Positions 1 to 9,098 of a stretch of 64,000 bases of DNA are shown in pieces. Position numbers and translations under genes: made by a program. This DNA comes from Chthoniobacteraceae bacterium (lineage in GTDB: Bacteria > Verrucomicrobiota > Verrucomicrobiia > Chthoniobacterales > Chthoniobacteraceae), in the NCBI GenBank assembly GCA_947476255.1, contig CANJPY010000003.1, positions 37,551 through 101,550 on the forward strand, written 5' to 3'. Position 1 is the first letter of the stretch. Every line of letters starts with the position of its first letter. Below the pieces are notes generated by a model. The model had not been told where the DNA came from. It did not search any database and worked only from the letters and a program-made list of their open reading frames with translations.

Positions 1-1155
1 AAGTCCGTGTTTTTTCAGAAACACCGTCACTCTTTGCATCTGGCTTTGGACAGACACAGATGCGGCACTCCAAGACCCGAAAGCGCATACAAGGCAGATG
101 CCCCCAAGAAATGTCGGCCACCAACGGATGCCCGCATCTTTGATGAACCCAGTGACTAGCGCCCACACTAAGATGCATCCACCCGCCACCAGTCCAAGGT
201 ACCGTTCCTCAGTCACTCCATAGGCGTGGATTCTCTCTCGAATCGCAAAAAGGAGGAGAATGGAGAGAGGCGCAAGGGCCTTTGGGAACGCGCGGCAGAA
301 CCAATACGCCCACTTTTCATCCTTTTGGCCGCGCAGAGGGTGCAGCAGCAAAAACGCGAGAATACCAACTCCCGAAAGCAGCAGAACTGGGAGCGCCACC
401 CAACCGTGCGGCCAACTGCGACTGAGAGCGATCTTTGCGCCATAAACGTACAAGATACAAGTGAAGACGGCGACAAGCGGAGCCAGTGCAAATTGAGTAA
501 ACAATTTAAAACCCACGGGATGCTCAGAGTCGTTCGCAAGAGCCTCGAAGTCTCGGGGTACGCCTCTCAAAAAAAAGAGTGGGTGTACGCAACCTGTGAT
601 GAAAAAAAACAGGTTTGGATAGGCATGGTCGAATTTGAAATTGAACAGCTTATCCGCAGAAAGGAGGGCGAGTTCCAGGCCCGCTACAAGAACACCCGTG
701 TAGAGCGCCGCAGTGAAGAAGCTCTGAAATATGCGCCGATTAAACTGCCAGAAGCCGCCCTCGTTGGAAGTGATAAATCCTGCGATAGCAGCCAAACAAT
801 GAAGGCCCCCCAGCAGAAGCCCCCAACTCAGTATAAACGCAAAAGGGGCGTCAAAGCCCATGACCGGAAGTGTGCGAAAATAGATGACGAGTAACGGCAG
901 GGCCAGCCATTCAGGCCAGTGTTTGATTCTGGGGATGGTTCGCTCGGCGAAAATTCGCAAACTAAAGCAAAGAGGCACACCGATGGCCGCAGCCAGAGTC
1001 AGTCGTTGGCAAAAATGCGCGGTTGTCAGGACCGACTTTTCGTGGAGCGCCCACACCGCTGCGCCGGCCCAGACGAACGCGCTCGTGAGAAGGGCAGGGA
1101 AGCGTCCAAGAGAGGCGACAAGGGCGGTTTGAATTCTTGTGAAGATGGGTGGCAT
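1..1155 (-). CDS. Polytopic membrane protein, DUF4153-like. Only the N-terminal 385 aa are present because the gene runs off the left edge.
   Basis: This gene is absent from the ORF track because it has no stop codon inside the window. Manual translation of the minus strand from the ATG at 1155..1153 gives an open 385-codon frame down to nt 1: MPPIFTRIQTALVASLGRFPALLTSAFVWAGAAVWALHEKS... It contains many hydrophobic helices (FAFILSWGLLLGGLHCLAAIAGF, WVALPVLLLSGVGILAFLLL, GLVAGGCILVWALVTGF). The listed + ORF 226..894 is its charged antisense shadow. The family name is from memory of DUF4153 N-termini. Confidence 0.7.
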   Translation of the reverse strand, partial: MPPIFTRIQTALVASLGRFPALLTSAFVWAGAAVWALHEKSVLTTAHFCQRLTLAAAIGVPLCFSLRIFAERTIPRIKHWPEWLALPLLVIYFRTLPVMGFDAPFAFILSWGLLLGGLHCLAAIAGFITSNEGGFWQFNRRIFQSFFTAALYTGVLVAGLELALLSADKLFNFKFDHAYPNLFFFITGCVHPLFFLRGVPRDFEALANDSEHPVGFKLFTQFALAPLVAVFTCILYVYGAKIALSRSWPHGWVALPVLLLSGVGILAFLLLHPLRGQKDEKWAYWFCRAFPKALAPLSILLLFAIRERIHAYGVTEERYLGLVAGGCILVWALVTGFIKDAGIRWWPTFLGGICLVCAFGSWSAASVSVQSQMQRVTVFLKKHGL

Positions 1156-1378
1156 ATCGCGAAAGCCGCAGGAGCAATGAACTGTTCGAAATTAGACACT
1201 TAAAATTGCTTGGGATGCCACCTTTTTCGCCGCAACGCAGTATGCACCGTTTTTCTCAGCCACTCCGATTTTGCGCAGCCCGCGTTGCGCGGAGCCATTC
1301 CAAAAAATTCGATAGCACTGTGGCTTGGGTGCTAAAATGGCTCTTTATGATACTAACATTTAGCAGCTAACCTGCGAA

Positions 1379-2302
1379 ATGCACAACCTCACCTTGTCAT
1401 CGCGCGCTCTCTTGGCGCTAAGTTTTCTGGCACTTGGTTTTCTTCCCTTCGGTGCTTTGGCCGAAACCCGCGAACTTATTCTCGTGGCAGGTCAGTCAAA
1501 CGCTGTTGGCTTTGACGCCTATGCCGAGGAGCTCCCCGCCAATGCTGATGACTCCAAGACCATGTTTTGGTGGCGGGTCGGAGATCCTCCGCCAGACGAG
1601 TTTGATAGCACAAGTGCGCGGCAATGGACGCACCTGCAGTTTCAACCCCGTACTGAGGCGATGGCCGGTGAGGCTGCTCAAAAGGCGGGGCGTCAATACG
1701 GCAACTTCAACAAGAAAACCAAGGGAGGCTTTGGTCCGGAAATCGGAATGGTCCGTACGCTTGCGGACAAGGAGGCAAAGCGACTCGCCGTCATTAAAAC
1801 AGCCTTCAGCGGAACTTCCGTGGCTCGCGACTGGAACGTCGACCTGCCGGGAATTGCGGACCCCTGTTACCGCTCCATGATTGACGAGGCCAAGGCTGCC
1901 TTGCGTCTTGCCGAGGAAAAAGGAATCACGCTGCGCTTCCGCGCCTTTGTTTGGGTGCAAGGCGAGAGTGATGCCAACGCAAAGGACGCTCCCGTTTATG
2001 CCGCAAATTTGTCTAAAATGCTTCACCGACTGCGCGTCGATCTGGCTGCTCCCGATATGATTTTATTGTTGGGAGTGAACACGCGGTTTGGAAATGGAAA
2101 CAACACGTTTATGCCTGTAGTTGTTGAGGCACAAAAAGAAGTCGCCTCTGCGTTGCCCCGCACCTGCTATGTAGATACCGCTGGCGCTGAGACGCTGCCC
2201 CCCTCGCACACGCATTTTACAGCCAAAGGCACGCTTGAAATAGGCCGCAGGTACGCTGAAGCGCTCTTGGCTGTGGAAAAGTCTCTCGCTTCTCAAAAAT
2301 AA
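1379..2302 (+). CDS. Secreted SASA/DUF303-type carbohydrate O-acetylesterase (SGNH-like)
   Basis: ATG start followed by a signal peptide (LLALSFLALGFLPFGALA). It has the catalytic-Ser block LILVAGQSNAVG and the downstream block FVWVQGESDA that is typical of sialate O-acetylesterase-like domains. Confidence 0.85.
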   Translation: MHNLTLSSRALLALSFLALGFLPFGALAETRELILVAGQSNAVGFDAYAEELPANADDSKTMFWWRVGDPPPDEFDSTSARQWTHLQFQPRTEAMAGEAAQKAGRQYGNFNKKTKGGFGPEIGMVRTLADKEAKRLAVIKTAFSGTSVARDWNVDLPGIADPCYRSMIDEAKAALRLAEEKGITLRFRAFVWVQGESDANAKDAPVYAANLSKMLHRLRVDLAAPDMILLLGVNTRFGNGNNTFMPVVVEAQKEVASALPRTCYVDTAGAETLPPSHTHFTAKGTLEIGRRYAEALLAVEKSLASQK

Positions 2303-2406
2303 ACCTTCACTCCCTGTTCATTGCTTCAACAAAGGTCTGTGGGGAAGGCGTTTCCAAAAATCATTTGTATCCGCGCACAAATTCTTCCGAGGCTCATGCA
2401 CGCCCT

Positions 2407-5019
2407 CTAATTTTTCCGAATCCATGAAATGACGTCCGCCACAGCTTCACGGGAAAGAAGCTTCTCCAGGCCGTCCGGCATGAGTGACTTTGTCGACGTC
2501 TCGATTTTTTCGATCTGGCTGCGCAAGACCGTCTCTGCAGCGCCTCCACCAATCCCTATTCTCAAGCTGTTCGCATTTTCTTCCGCAATCAAACCAAAGA
2601 TCTTTCTGCCGTCTTTCATCAAAAGTGTATGTGCCAAATACCTCTGCTCAACGGCGCGGCTTGGGTCCAGAATGGCTTCTAAAAGTTGATTGGTAGGTTT
2701 GCTCGCTATCGTCTCCAAATCGGGTCCCATCTCGGTGCCCTCACCTTTGAGTCGATGACACCCTGAACAAAACGACACATAAATCTGATGCCCGCGTGAA
2801 GCGTCGCCAAGGAGTGTGTTTACGCTTGCGTACGAGCGTACAACCTCCTCCCGGTCAGAGTTATAATTTGTGACGGTCTTTGCCGGTGATGCTGGTGCTT
2901 TGCCTTTGGTTGGACCGGTTAATTTTTCCTGCCAGTTCGCCGCCGCTGTGTGTTCCGGCAAAGCATTCAAAAGCGCCACAAGCATCGCCGGGGTCGTGGC
3001 ATCGTTCTTTTCAAACTCCGCCCACACCCCTGATATCCGTGGATCCTGACTGATAACACCCAGCGTCATTGCGACAGCCACTCGCAATTTCAAATCCGGC
3101 TCCCTGCTGAGCTCTACCAGTTTGGAGACAACTTGGTCTGCTTTTAAATAAAACTCTGCCAGCTTCACTCCCTGCAACCGAAGCTCCGGACTCGGATTCT
3201 CCATCGCGCGCAGCAAAAGTTTTTCATCAAGAGTCCCGAGATTGTGCGCCGTCCAAAGTTGCTGGATCTGCGCGGGGACACTCCCTTTCCAATGGAGCGG
3301 TGTCCATTGGGAGCCGCGTTCAATCAATAATCTCTGTGCCGTATCACGAACCCAACCATTGGAGGATTCCAAGGCTTCCGCCAATTCATGCTCACCCATT
3401 TTCGTAAGATTTGGGATCCGGCTGTGTTTTACAGTCGTTGGGCGGACCCGATAAATTCTTCCCAAATCACTGCCCGCACGCAGGTCGAGATGGGCGAGAA
3501 GTTGCGCTGGGATCCACTCTGGGTGCTCTATAATGAGGCGGACCATGTCGACCACAAAAAGAGAGCCGTCAGGGCCTGTGCGGGCTTGTGTAAACCGGCT
3601 CCAATTGTCAGTACTCGCCAGAAATTCACTCGCCGGCTCATCTGCGGCCCGATGGCTTGAAAACGAGACTCCGCTGGGCTCGAGAACCTCCCGATGCACC
3701 AGATTGTTCGCAGGCTCGCAGATGAATACGCTCCGAGCGAAGTCGCCTCCAAACAAAACGTCCCGGTAGGGAATCGGATTGCAGGCGGACGTAAGCACAT
3801 TGACGGCTGTAGGTTGATTGAACCGTGCCACTGGGAGACTGGCCGGATAGATCGCCTTTCCATGCGGGTTTAAGTCTTGCTTCACCGAGGGCAGCGCCAC
3901 GTTTGGATTCCTGCCGAGTTGTCGGTCGTCGTAAAGGTAATGCCATCCGATACTGCTGTTGTTGTTCGCGAACCAGTTTCCATAATCGTCACGCCACCGA
4001 CCATACTGTGCGCGTCCGGACTGCAGTTGAAATTCCCCTGACAATGGGTTGAACCGAAAATCTCGGCCGCTCAAATCAAACGTCTTGCCCGATCGGACCT
4101 CAGTGACAGTGCCGCCACTGTCTCCATTACCTCCGTAAAACCACCCATCAAGCCCCCAGACAAACCCGTTTACAAGATGTTGAGGGTTGCCCTGTTTAAA
4201 GCCGGTGAAAAACGTGGTTTGCTTGTCGGCTTTTCCATCGTCATCGGTATCCTCCGCAAAAAAAATATCAGGCACGCTTGCAATAAAAGCGCCTCGTCCC
4301 CAACACGCCAGACCTGTCGGATAGGTGAGGTTATCCAGAAAAACCGTGGCTTTGTCATAGATGCCGTCGCCATTAGTGTCTTCCAAAATCTTGACGCGTC
4401 CCGAATATGTTTTTCCGTTGTGCTCATGAAACGGGTAGTCCCCCATTTCGACAACCCACATCCGGTCGCGAGCATCCCAATCCACAAAAATAGGATCCTG
4501 TACCAAAGGTTCATGGGCAACGAGGTCAGCCACGAATCCGGGTCGTAATCTTAGCGCGCGCAGTCCCTCCTGCGGCGACAGTGCTGCGGCAACAGGCGGG
4601 CGGCACAACTCTGTATAGGATATCCTCTTTTGGCCCTTGAGCCAGAGCGCTCCGTCATGAAACTCCGTTTCCGTCGCAGTTGTGAGAGGGATGCTGCCTG
4701 AATCACCCGCTTTTCCCTGCCGGATGATCTGGGTCCATCCCAGCGCCCAGCCCAGTGACTTCCGTTCATCCCGGTTGAAAAGAAATATTCCGTAAGACTC
4801 TTCATTTGAGAAAATCACATCTGGCTCCCCATCGCTGTTCAAGTCGACAAAGCGCAAACCTGGGGTTGTGGGGAGAAGTCCGGTCGGCAGAGGAAGTTCC
4901 GGATGTGGTCGCAAATCCTTGCTGGAAGCCCATGCGGAGGCGCCCCCCAAAATCAGCATCTGAACGCCAAGGGATGACAACAACATGCCGCAGGAAAAAC
5001 GGGGTTTACGATGCTTCAT
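2407..5019 (-). CDS. PVC-type heme-binding protein: FG-GAP-like N-terminus, putative membrane-bound dehydrogenase domain, HEAT repeats, C-terminal cytochrome c domain
   Basis: The protein is 870 aa with a signal peptide. FVDLNSDGEPDVIF is an FG-GAP/VCBS-like motif. LRPGFVADLVAHEPLVQDPIFVDWDARDRMWVVEM is the hallmark start of the Pirellula/Verrucomicrobium dehydrogenase domain. CSGCH (nt 2755..2769), followed by GPDL...LLEAILDPS...KSLMP, matches the Pirellula/Verrucomicrobium-type CxxCH heme domain. Confidence 0.9.
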   Translation of the reverse strand: MKHRKPRFSCGMLLSSLGVQMLILGGASAWASSKDLRPHPELPLPTGLLPTTPGLRFVDLNSDGEPDVIFSNEESYGIFLFNRDERKSLGWALGWTQIIRQGKAGDSGSIPLTTATETEFHDGALWLKGQKRISYTELCRPPVAAALSPQEGLRALRLRPGFVADLVAHEPLVQDPIFVDWDARDRMWVVEMGDYPFHEHNGKTYSGRVKILEDTNGDGIYDKATVFLDNLTYPTGLACWGRGAFIASVPDIFFAEDTDDDGKADKQTTFFTGFKQGNPQHLVNGFVWGLDGWFYGGNGDSGGTVTEVRSGKTFDLSGRDFRFNPLSGEFQLQSGRAQYGRWRDDYGNWFANNNSSIGWHYLYDDRQLGRNPNVALPSVKQDLNPHGKAIYPASLPVARFNQPTAVNVLTSACNPIPYRDVLFGGDFARSVFICEPANNLVHREVLEPSGVSFSSHRAADEPASEFLASTDNWSRFTQARTGPDGSLFVVDMVRLIIEHPEWIPAQLLAHLDLRAGSDLGRIYRVRPTTVKHSRIPNLTKMGEHELAEALESSNGWVRDTAQRLLIERGSQWTPLHWKGSVPAQIQQLWTAHNLGTLDEKLLLRAMENPSPELRLQGVKLAEFYLKADQVVSKLVELSREPDLKLRVAVAMTLGVISQDPRISGVWAEFEKNDATTPAMLVALLNALPEHTAAANWQEKLTGPTKGKAPASPAKTVTNYNSDREEVVRSYASVNTLLGDASRGHQIYVSFCSGCHRLKGEGTEMGPDLETIASKPTNQLLEAILDPSRAVEQRYLAHTLLMKDGRKIFGLIAEENANSLRIGIGGGAAETVLRSQIEKIETSTKSLMPDGLEKLLSREAVADVISWIRKN

Positions 5020-5160
5020 GTTCCGTAGTTAGCGCATTCGTTTATAGCGGGCAGCAATTTTTTATTTCGCTCACTTCGAAAGCGTGTATCGCGAGAGATA
5101 CGAGTTGTTGCGGAGGCTTCTCGGTGGAGTGCAAAAGTATAATTTAAGTAACTGAAGAGG

Positions 5161-5188
5161 AACAATTTGTACATTAATAAAAATTGTT
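5161..5188. promoter_or_regulatory. Candidate operator: 8-bp inverted repeat AACAATTT-N12-AAATTGTT in an AT-rich divergent intergenic region
   Basis: The perfect inverted repeat was read directly from the sequence. It lies in the 333-nt gap between divergent genes (5019 minus, 5353 plus), in the most AT-rich stretch of the window (about 5130-5270). A TTGACA hexamer follows at 5201..5206. No binding protein is known. Confidence 0.25.
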
Positions 5189-5352
5189 GTTTTCCGGTTT
5201 TTGACACAAAGCAGTGACATGAGTTTTACGGCAGGGCTAATGTCTTTTAGTATTAATTTTGCAAAGTCTCCGTGCTCTCCGGTATCAGCCGTGGTTAGTA
5301 GTCAACGCTGACGACAGGCGTCCTCAAACCTCCCGAACCTTTTTATCCTCCT

Positions 5353-8300
5353 ATGAAACGTCTTTTATTTTTGTTTATCGCTTTCATGACGGTGGTCATG
5401 CCCTCCGATGCTGCTCCAGATAGTGCAGCACGTGTCGAAGGCACGCTTGATAAAATGCGTGTTCTCTCCAAAGAGAGTAAATGGAACGATTTGATCGCTC
5501 AGTTCAAAGGGGAGGACCTTGCGTCTTGGGGGATTCAGCCTGACAAGGTTTCTGAGGCTGCCAGCCTGCGAGGGAAGGCTTATATTATTCTCAAAGACGG
5601 TGCGAATGCGGCAAAGGATTTGAAGCTAGCGGCGGAGCGTTCTCCTAAAAGCGGAGAGCGCTGGCACGAGTTGGGAGATTTGTACGGCGGCCTTCTAGGA
5701 GACGACGAACAGGCTTTGGGGGCTTACAATAAAGCTTTCCAGTGCACAGGAAAATCAATGGGTTGGCTCTCAATCAGCTCAACCATAAAAGTCGCATCCA
5801 TTCTTGCCAAGCAGGGCAAGTCTCAGGAGGCCCTGCAAATTAGCGAGCGTTACGACAGCTCGGAAATTTTACAAATGGCACCTGTTTGGGGAGACAAGCT
5901 GCGCGGGGTCAAAGAGACGATTACCTCGAAACTTGCCGCATCCATGCTTGTGATTTCAGACAACGGCGTGAGTGACTATCAAATCGTTCTTCCGGATAAC
6001 TATCCCACCCCTGCTATTCAGGCCGACATGCAGCAGGTGGGCCGGTTGCTGCAAACTGCGTTCAAAGCCAACGGCTCGGAGTTGGAGGTTGTTTTTGAAG
6101 CAGCCCGTCAGAAGACAAAACCGGGAATCTTTGTCGGCGCAACAGAGTTTGCGCGCAGTCATGGGGTGGCTCTTAAAGGCTGGAATTATGTGCACAAGGC
6201 GGTCGGACGCGACATCATTATTGCTGGTTGCGACGAACCCGCACCAGGAAGGGGACCGAACGCGCCTAAAGCGCCGGGGTTTGACCGCATCGGCAGCGCA
6301 AAAGCAGTGACAGACTTTCTTCAATCCTATGTCGGCACCCGGTTTTTATTTCCGGAACAAGGCGGCTTTGTGCCTCTTGCCAATGTCTCAAAGGTTGATC
6401 TTCTGACGACACCAACCATTGAGTACGTCCCGACGCCAAGAATCGTCGTGCCTCCAAACTTGGACACACAGAAGGTTCCGTTGCTTGATTACGATATCAG
6501 TTGGCCTCCCACGGTCAGTTTCTACCATCTCTCCCAGAATCGTTTTCCAACGGTGGATGTCCTCTACGCTGGACACACCTGGCATCGCGCGATTCCATCA
6601 AACGAGGCTGCGTTTGCAGCCCATCCCGAGCACTTTGCACTCATAGGTGGCAAGAGAACTTTGGTTGGAAGCGAAGCGCAGGTACAGTTTTGCATTTCCA
6701 ACCCAGAGGTGCAGGAATTGTTGTATCAAGACTTGGAAAAGAATTTCAAACTGGGCTTTAAATCTGTCGACCTTGGTCAACCAGACGGCTTTCGTGGTTG
6801 TGAATGCGAGCCTTGCACCAAACTTTTTGGGACGGGTTCGGATTGGAGTGAAAAGGTGTGGATTCTGCACCGCAATCTCGCTGAACGCGCCTACAAGGCG
6901 TTTCCAGACAGGACGGTGCCGATCTCTGTTTACGCAATCACGGAGACACTTCCAAAGACCTTTACTTCGTTTCCTCCCAACGTGCGCCTCGGCATGAGTG
7001 GCACCCGAGAGCATGAGCTTGCGCGGTGGCAGAAATTTGGCGCACCGCAGGGCTTCTCCACCTATCTCTATTACTGGTGTCCGAACATGATGCCGCGTTA
7101 TTTTCCCATGAGAACACCCGCGTACATGGAAAAAAACATCAAGCGCCTGATGGCGGCCAACGTACATTCCGTCACACGCGACGGCAATGGTGGCATTGCT
7201 TACGGACTCGAAGGTCCAACCTACTACACGATGGGAAAAATGTTCGATGGTCCCGATGCTCATACGGGCAAGGAGCTTGTCATCGAGTACGTCAGTGCTG
7301 CCTTTGGAAAGTCCGCCTCCGCCATGATGGGTTTCTATGACCAGCTCTACAACTCGCTGGAAATTTATTCCCGCTACATGGCCACCCGTGAGGATGGCTG
7401 GAGTTTTATCGACGTTTATGGACGCTCAAAAAAGCATCTCTCCAGTCCCGAGCCAGTGATTGCCTTTCTTTACCCAGTGGATCTGATTCAGTCGCTGGAG
7501 AAGCAACTCCGTCTCGCTGAGAAAGGAGACCTCAGTCCCAAAGTTCAAACACGCTTGGCCCTTGTGCGCGCTGAGTTCGATTATCTCAAGGGCGTTGTCA
7601 CTGCCGTGCATCTTTATAATGCCTACCAGATTTCTCCGGACCCTGCATCCCTGGATCGCCTGCTCAACGCAATCGACGCGAGACGTTCCGCCGTGGACAA
7701 CCTTTTTACCAAAGGTAACGAGCTCAAAGGCTGGCCTATGACACTTTTTCCTCCTACGGGCCACAGCGCCGACACCCTGAAACTCAAACATGACGGCTAT
7801 CAGGAGCCCTATAAAAACTCCTTCTTGAATTGGGACACTAAGGCCAAGCGACTTGCGCCCATGCCCAATGCAAAAGGACTTTCCGCTGGCTTGGTCAAAG
7901 CGCCGGTGACAATTGATTCTACGGCTTGGAACGGCATTGAAGCCCATCCGCTGGCGGCGGTGAACGCCCCCAACCTGGCCGCCATCAAAACGCAGGTTCG
8001 CGTGATTTACGACGAATCTCATCTTTACGTTCGATTTGAGAATGAAATGCCGCCTGACACTACAGTTGAGGCCGTTGAAAAAGAACGCGTTGAACTTTAT
8101 TTAATGCCAGGCACGGGTGCGCCTACGTTCCGCTTTAGTGCGGGAGGCAGGGCGGATTCCGCCACTCAGGCTGCCCGTGGGTTGATAGAGGACATGATGA
8201 ACCTCGGCTACGCCAAATTTGATCCTTTGTGGAAGGCCGATTGGAAACATACCTCTAACTATGACTCGAAGGCCAAGCGACTGAGCGTGCTGATGGCCAT

Positions 8301-9051
8301 CCCCTTGCGCTCCATCCCGCCTGCAGCGATCACGCCCGGCCAAAAATGGTTCGTTAATTTCCAGAGATCCAGTCCATCCGGGGTCTTTACATGGTCTGTG
8401 CTGCCGGGGGGCGCTGGTGTCGAAGACCCTCGGAGCAACGGAGAATTATCGTTTAACGGCACCAATTCCTCCGCTTCGTCCTCGGCTCATCCACTTAAAG
8501 TGGAGAGGGAAAAAATTTACAAAGATACTTTTGAAATACCGGGTCCGTGGAAGGAGCAGATCACGAAGGGGCCCGCTCTGGTTTTGACAGAATGGCGCTT
8601 CCGGGCCGATCCTACCGAGGTTGGCGCGAAGCAAGAGTGGTTTGCTCCCGCCCGCTATTCCGCCGCCGACTGGATTCCCGTAACGGTCCCCGCGTTTTGG
8701 GGAGAAAACGACGCTATTGGTAATCTCCTTGGAGACGGTTGGTACCGCGTTGCGTTCAACGTACCGGCTTCTTTGCAAGGTAAGAATCTCCGACTCATGT
8801 TTGCGGGTGTCGATGAACAAGCCTGGGTCTATCTAAACGGAAGGGCAGTCGGTGAGCACTCGGAGAAGTCGGAGAAAAAAGCTTACACCGCTCTCTACGA
8901 TGAACCGTTCATTGTCGAAGTGCCTGCCAGCCAACTCATCGCCGCCGGTCAAAACGTACTCTATGTGCGAGTGCACAACCAAGTCGGTGCAGGCGGTATT
9001 TGGCGTCCTGTTCATTTGATTGAAGCCGGTGCTCCCAACAATCTGAAGTGA
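5353..9051 (+). CDS. Secreted multidomain glycan-active protein: TPR module, DUF4838, CBM9-like domain, galactose-binding-like (GH2 N-terminal sugar-binding type) domain
   Basis: The protein is 1232 aa with a signal peptide. The TPR-like segment (aa about 40-190) is homologous to the ORF at 49468. The DUF4838 core carries FCISNPEVQELLYQDL...VDLGQPDGFRGCECEPCTKLF. The C-terminus has WIPVTVPAFWG...GDGWYRVAFNVP...LRLMFAGVDEQAWVYLNG...GIWRPVHL, the GH2-type sugar-binding jelly roll. Confidence 0.9.
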   Translation: MKRLLFLFIAFMTVVMPSDAAPDSAARVEGTLDKMRVLSKESKWNDLIAQFKGEDLASWGIQPDKVSEAASLRGKAYIILKDGANAAKDLKLAAERSPKSGERWHELGDLYGGLLGDDEQALGAYNKAFQCTGKSMGWLSISSTIKVASILAKQGKSQEALQISERYDSSEILQMAPVWGDKLRGVKETITSKLAASMLVISDNGVSDYQIVLPDNYPTPAIQADMQQVGRLLQTAFKANGSELEVVFEAARQKTKPGIFVGATEFARSHGVALKGWNYVHKAVGRDIIIAGCDEPAPGRGPNAPKAPGFDRIGSAKAVTDFLQSYVGTRFLFPEQGGFVPLANVSKVDLLTTPTIEYVPTPRIVVPPNLDTQKVPLLDYDISWPPTVSFYHLSQNRFPTVDVLYAGHTWHRAIPSNEAAFAAHPEHFALIGGKRTLVGSEAQVQFCISNPEVQELLYQDLEKNFKLGFKSVDLGQPDGFRGCECEPCTKLFGTGSDWSEKVWILHRNLAERAYKAFPDRTVPISVYAITETLPKTFTSFPPNVRLGMSGTREHELARWQKFGAPQGFSTYLYYWCPNMMPRYFPMRTPAYMEKNIKRLMAANVHSVTRDGNGGIAYGLEGPTYYTMGKMFDGPDAHTGKELVIEYVSAAFGKSASAMMGFYDQLYNSLEIYSRYMATREDGWSFIDVYGRSKKHLSSPEPVIAFLYPVDLIQSLEKQLRLAEKGDLSPKVQTRLALVRAEFDYLKGVVTAVHLYNAYQISPDPASLDRLLNAIDARRSAVDNLFTKGNELKGWPMTLFPPTGHSADTLKLKHDGYQEPYKNSFLNWDTKAKRLAPMPNAKGLSAGLVKAPVTIDSTAWNGIEAHPLAAVNAPNLAAIKTQVRVIYDESHLYVRFENEMPPDTTVEAVEKERVELYLMPGTGAPTFRFSAGGRADSATQAARGLIEDMMNLGYAKFDPLWKADWKHTSNYDSKAKRLSVLMAIPLRSIPPAAITPGQKWFVNFQRSSPSGVFTWSVLPGGAGVEDPRSNGELSFNGTNSSASSSAHPLKVEREKIYKDTFEIPGPWKEQITKGPALVLTEWRFRADPTEVGAKQEWFAPARYSAADWIPVTVPAFWGENDAIGNLLGDGWYRVAFNVPASLQGKNLRLMFAGVDEQAWVYLNGRAVGEHSEKSEKKAYTALYDEPFIVEVPASQLIAAGQNVLYVRVHNQVGAGGIWRPVHLIEAGAPNNLK

Positions 9052-9098
9052 GGCTTGGGCAAAGCCCAACGGTGACGAGCGGAGACGGGGCAGTGCGC

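Noticed and set aside
226-894. 222-aa + strand ORF (and the small ORFs 213..539 -, 260..445 +, 884..1203 +)
   Set aside because: Its composition is highly charged, Lys/Arg/Glu-rich and lacks motifs. The opposite strand encodes a convincing uninterrupted multi-helix membrane protein (1..1155), so these ORFs are antisense shadows.
9055-9069. Hairpin TTGGGC-AAA-GCCCAA between convergent genes, considered as a bidirectional terminator
   Set aside because: The stem is only 6 bp and there is no U-tract on either strand. That is insufficient to call a terminator.
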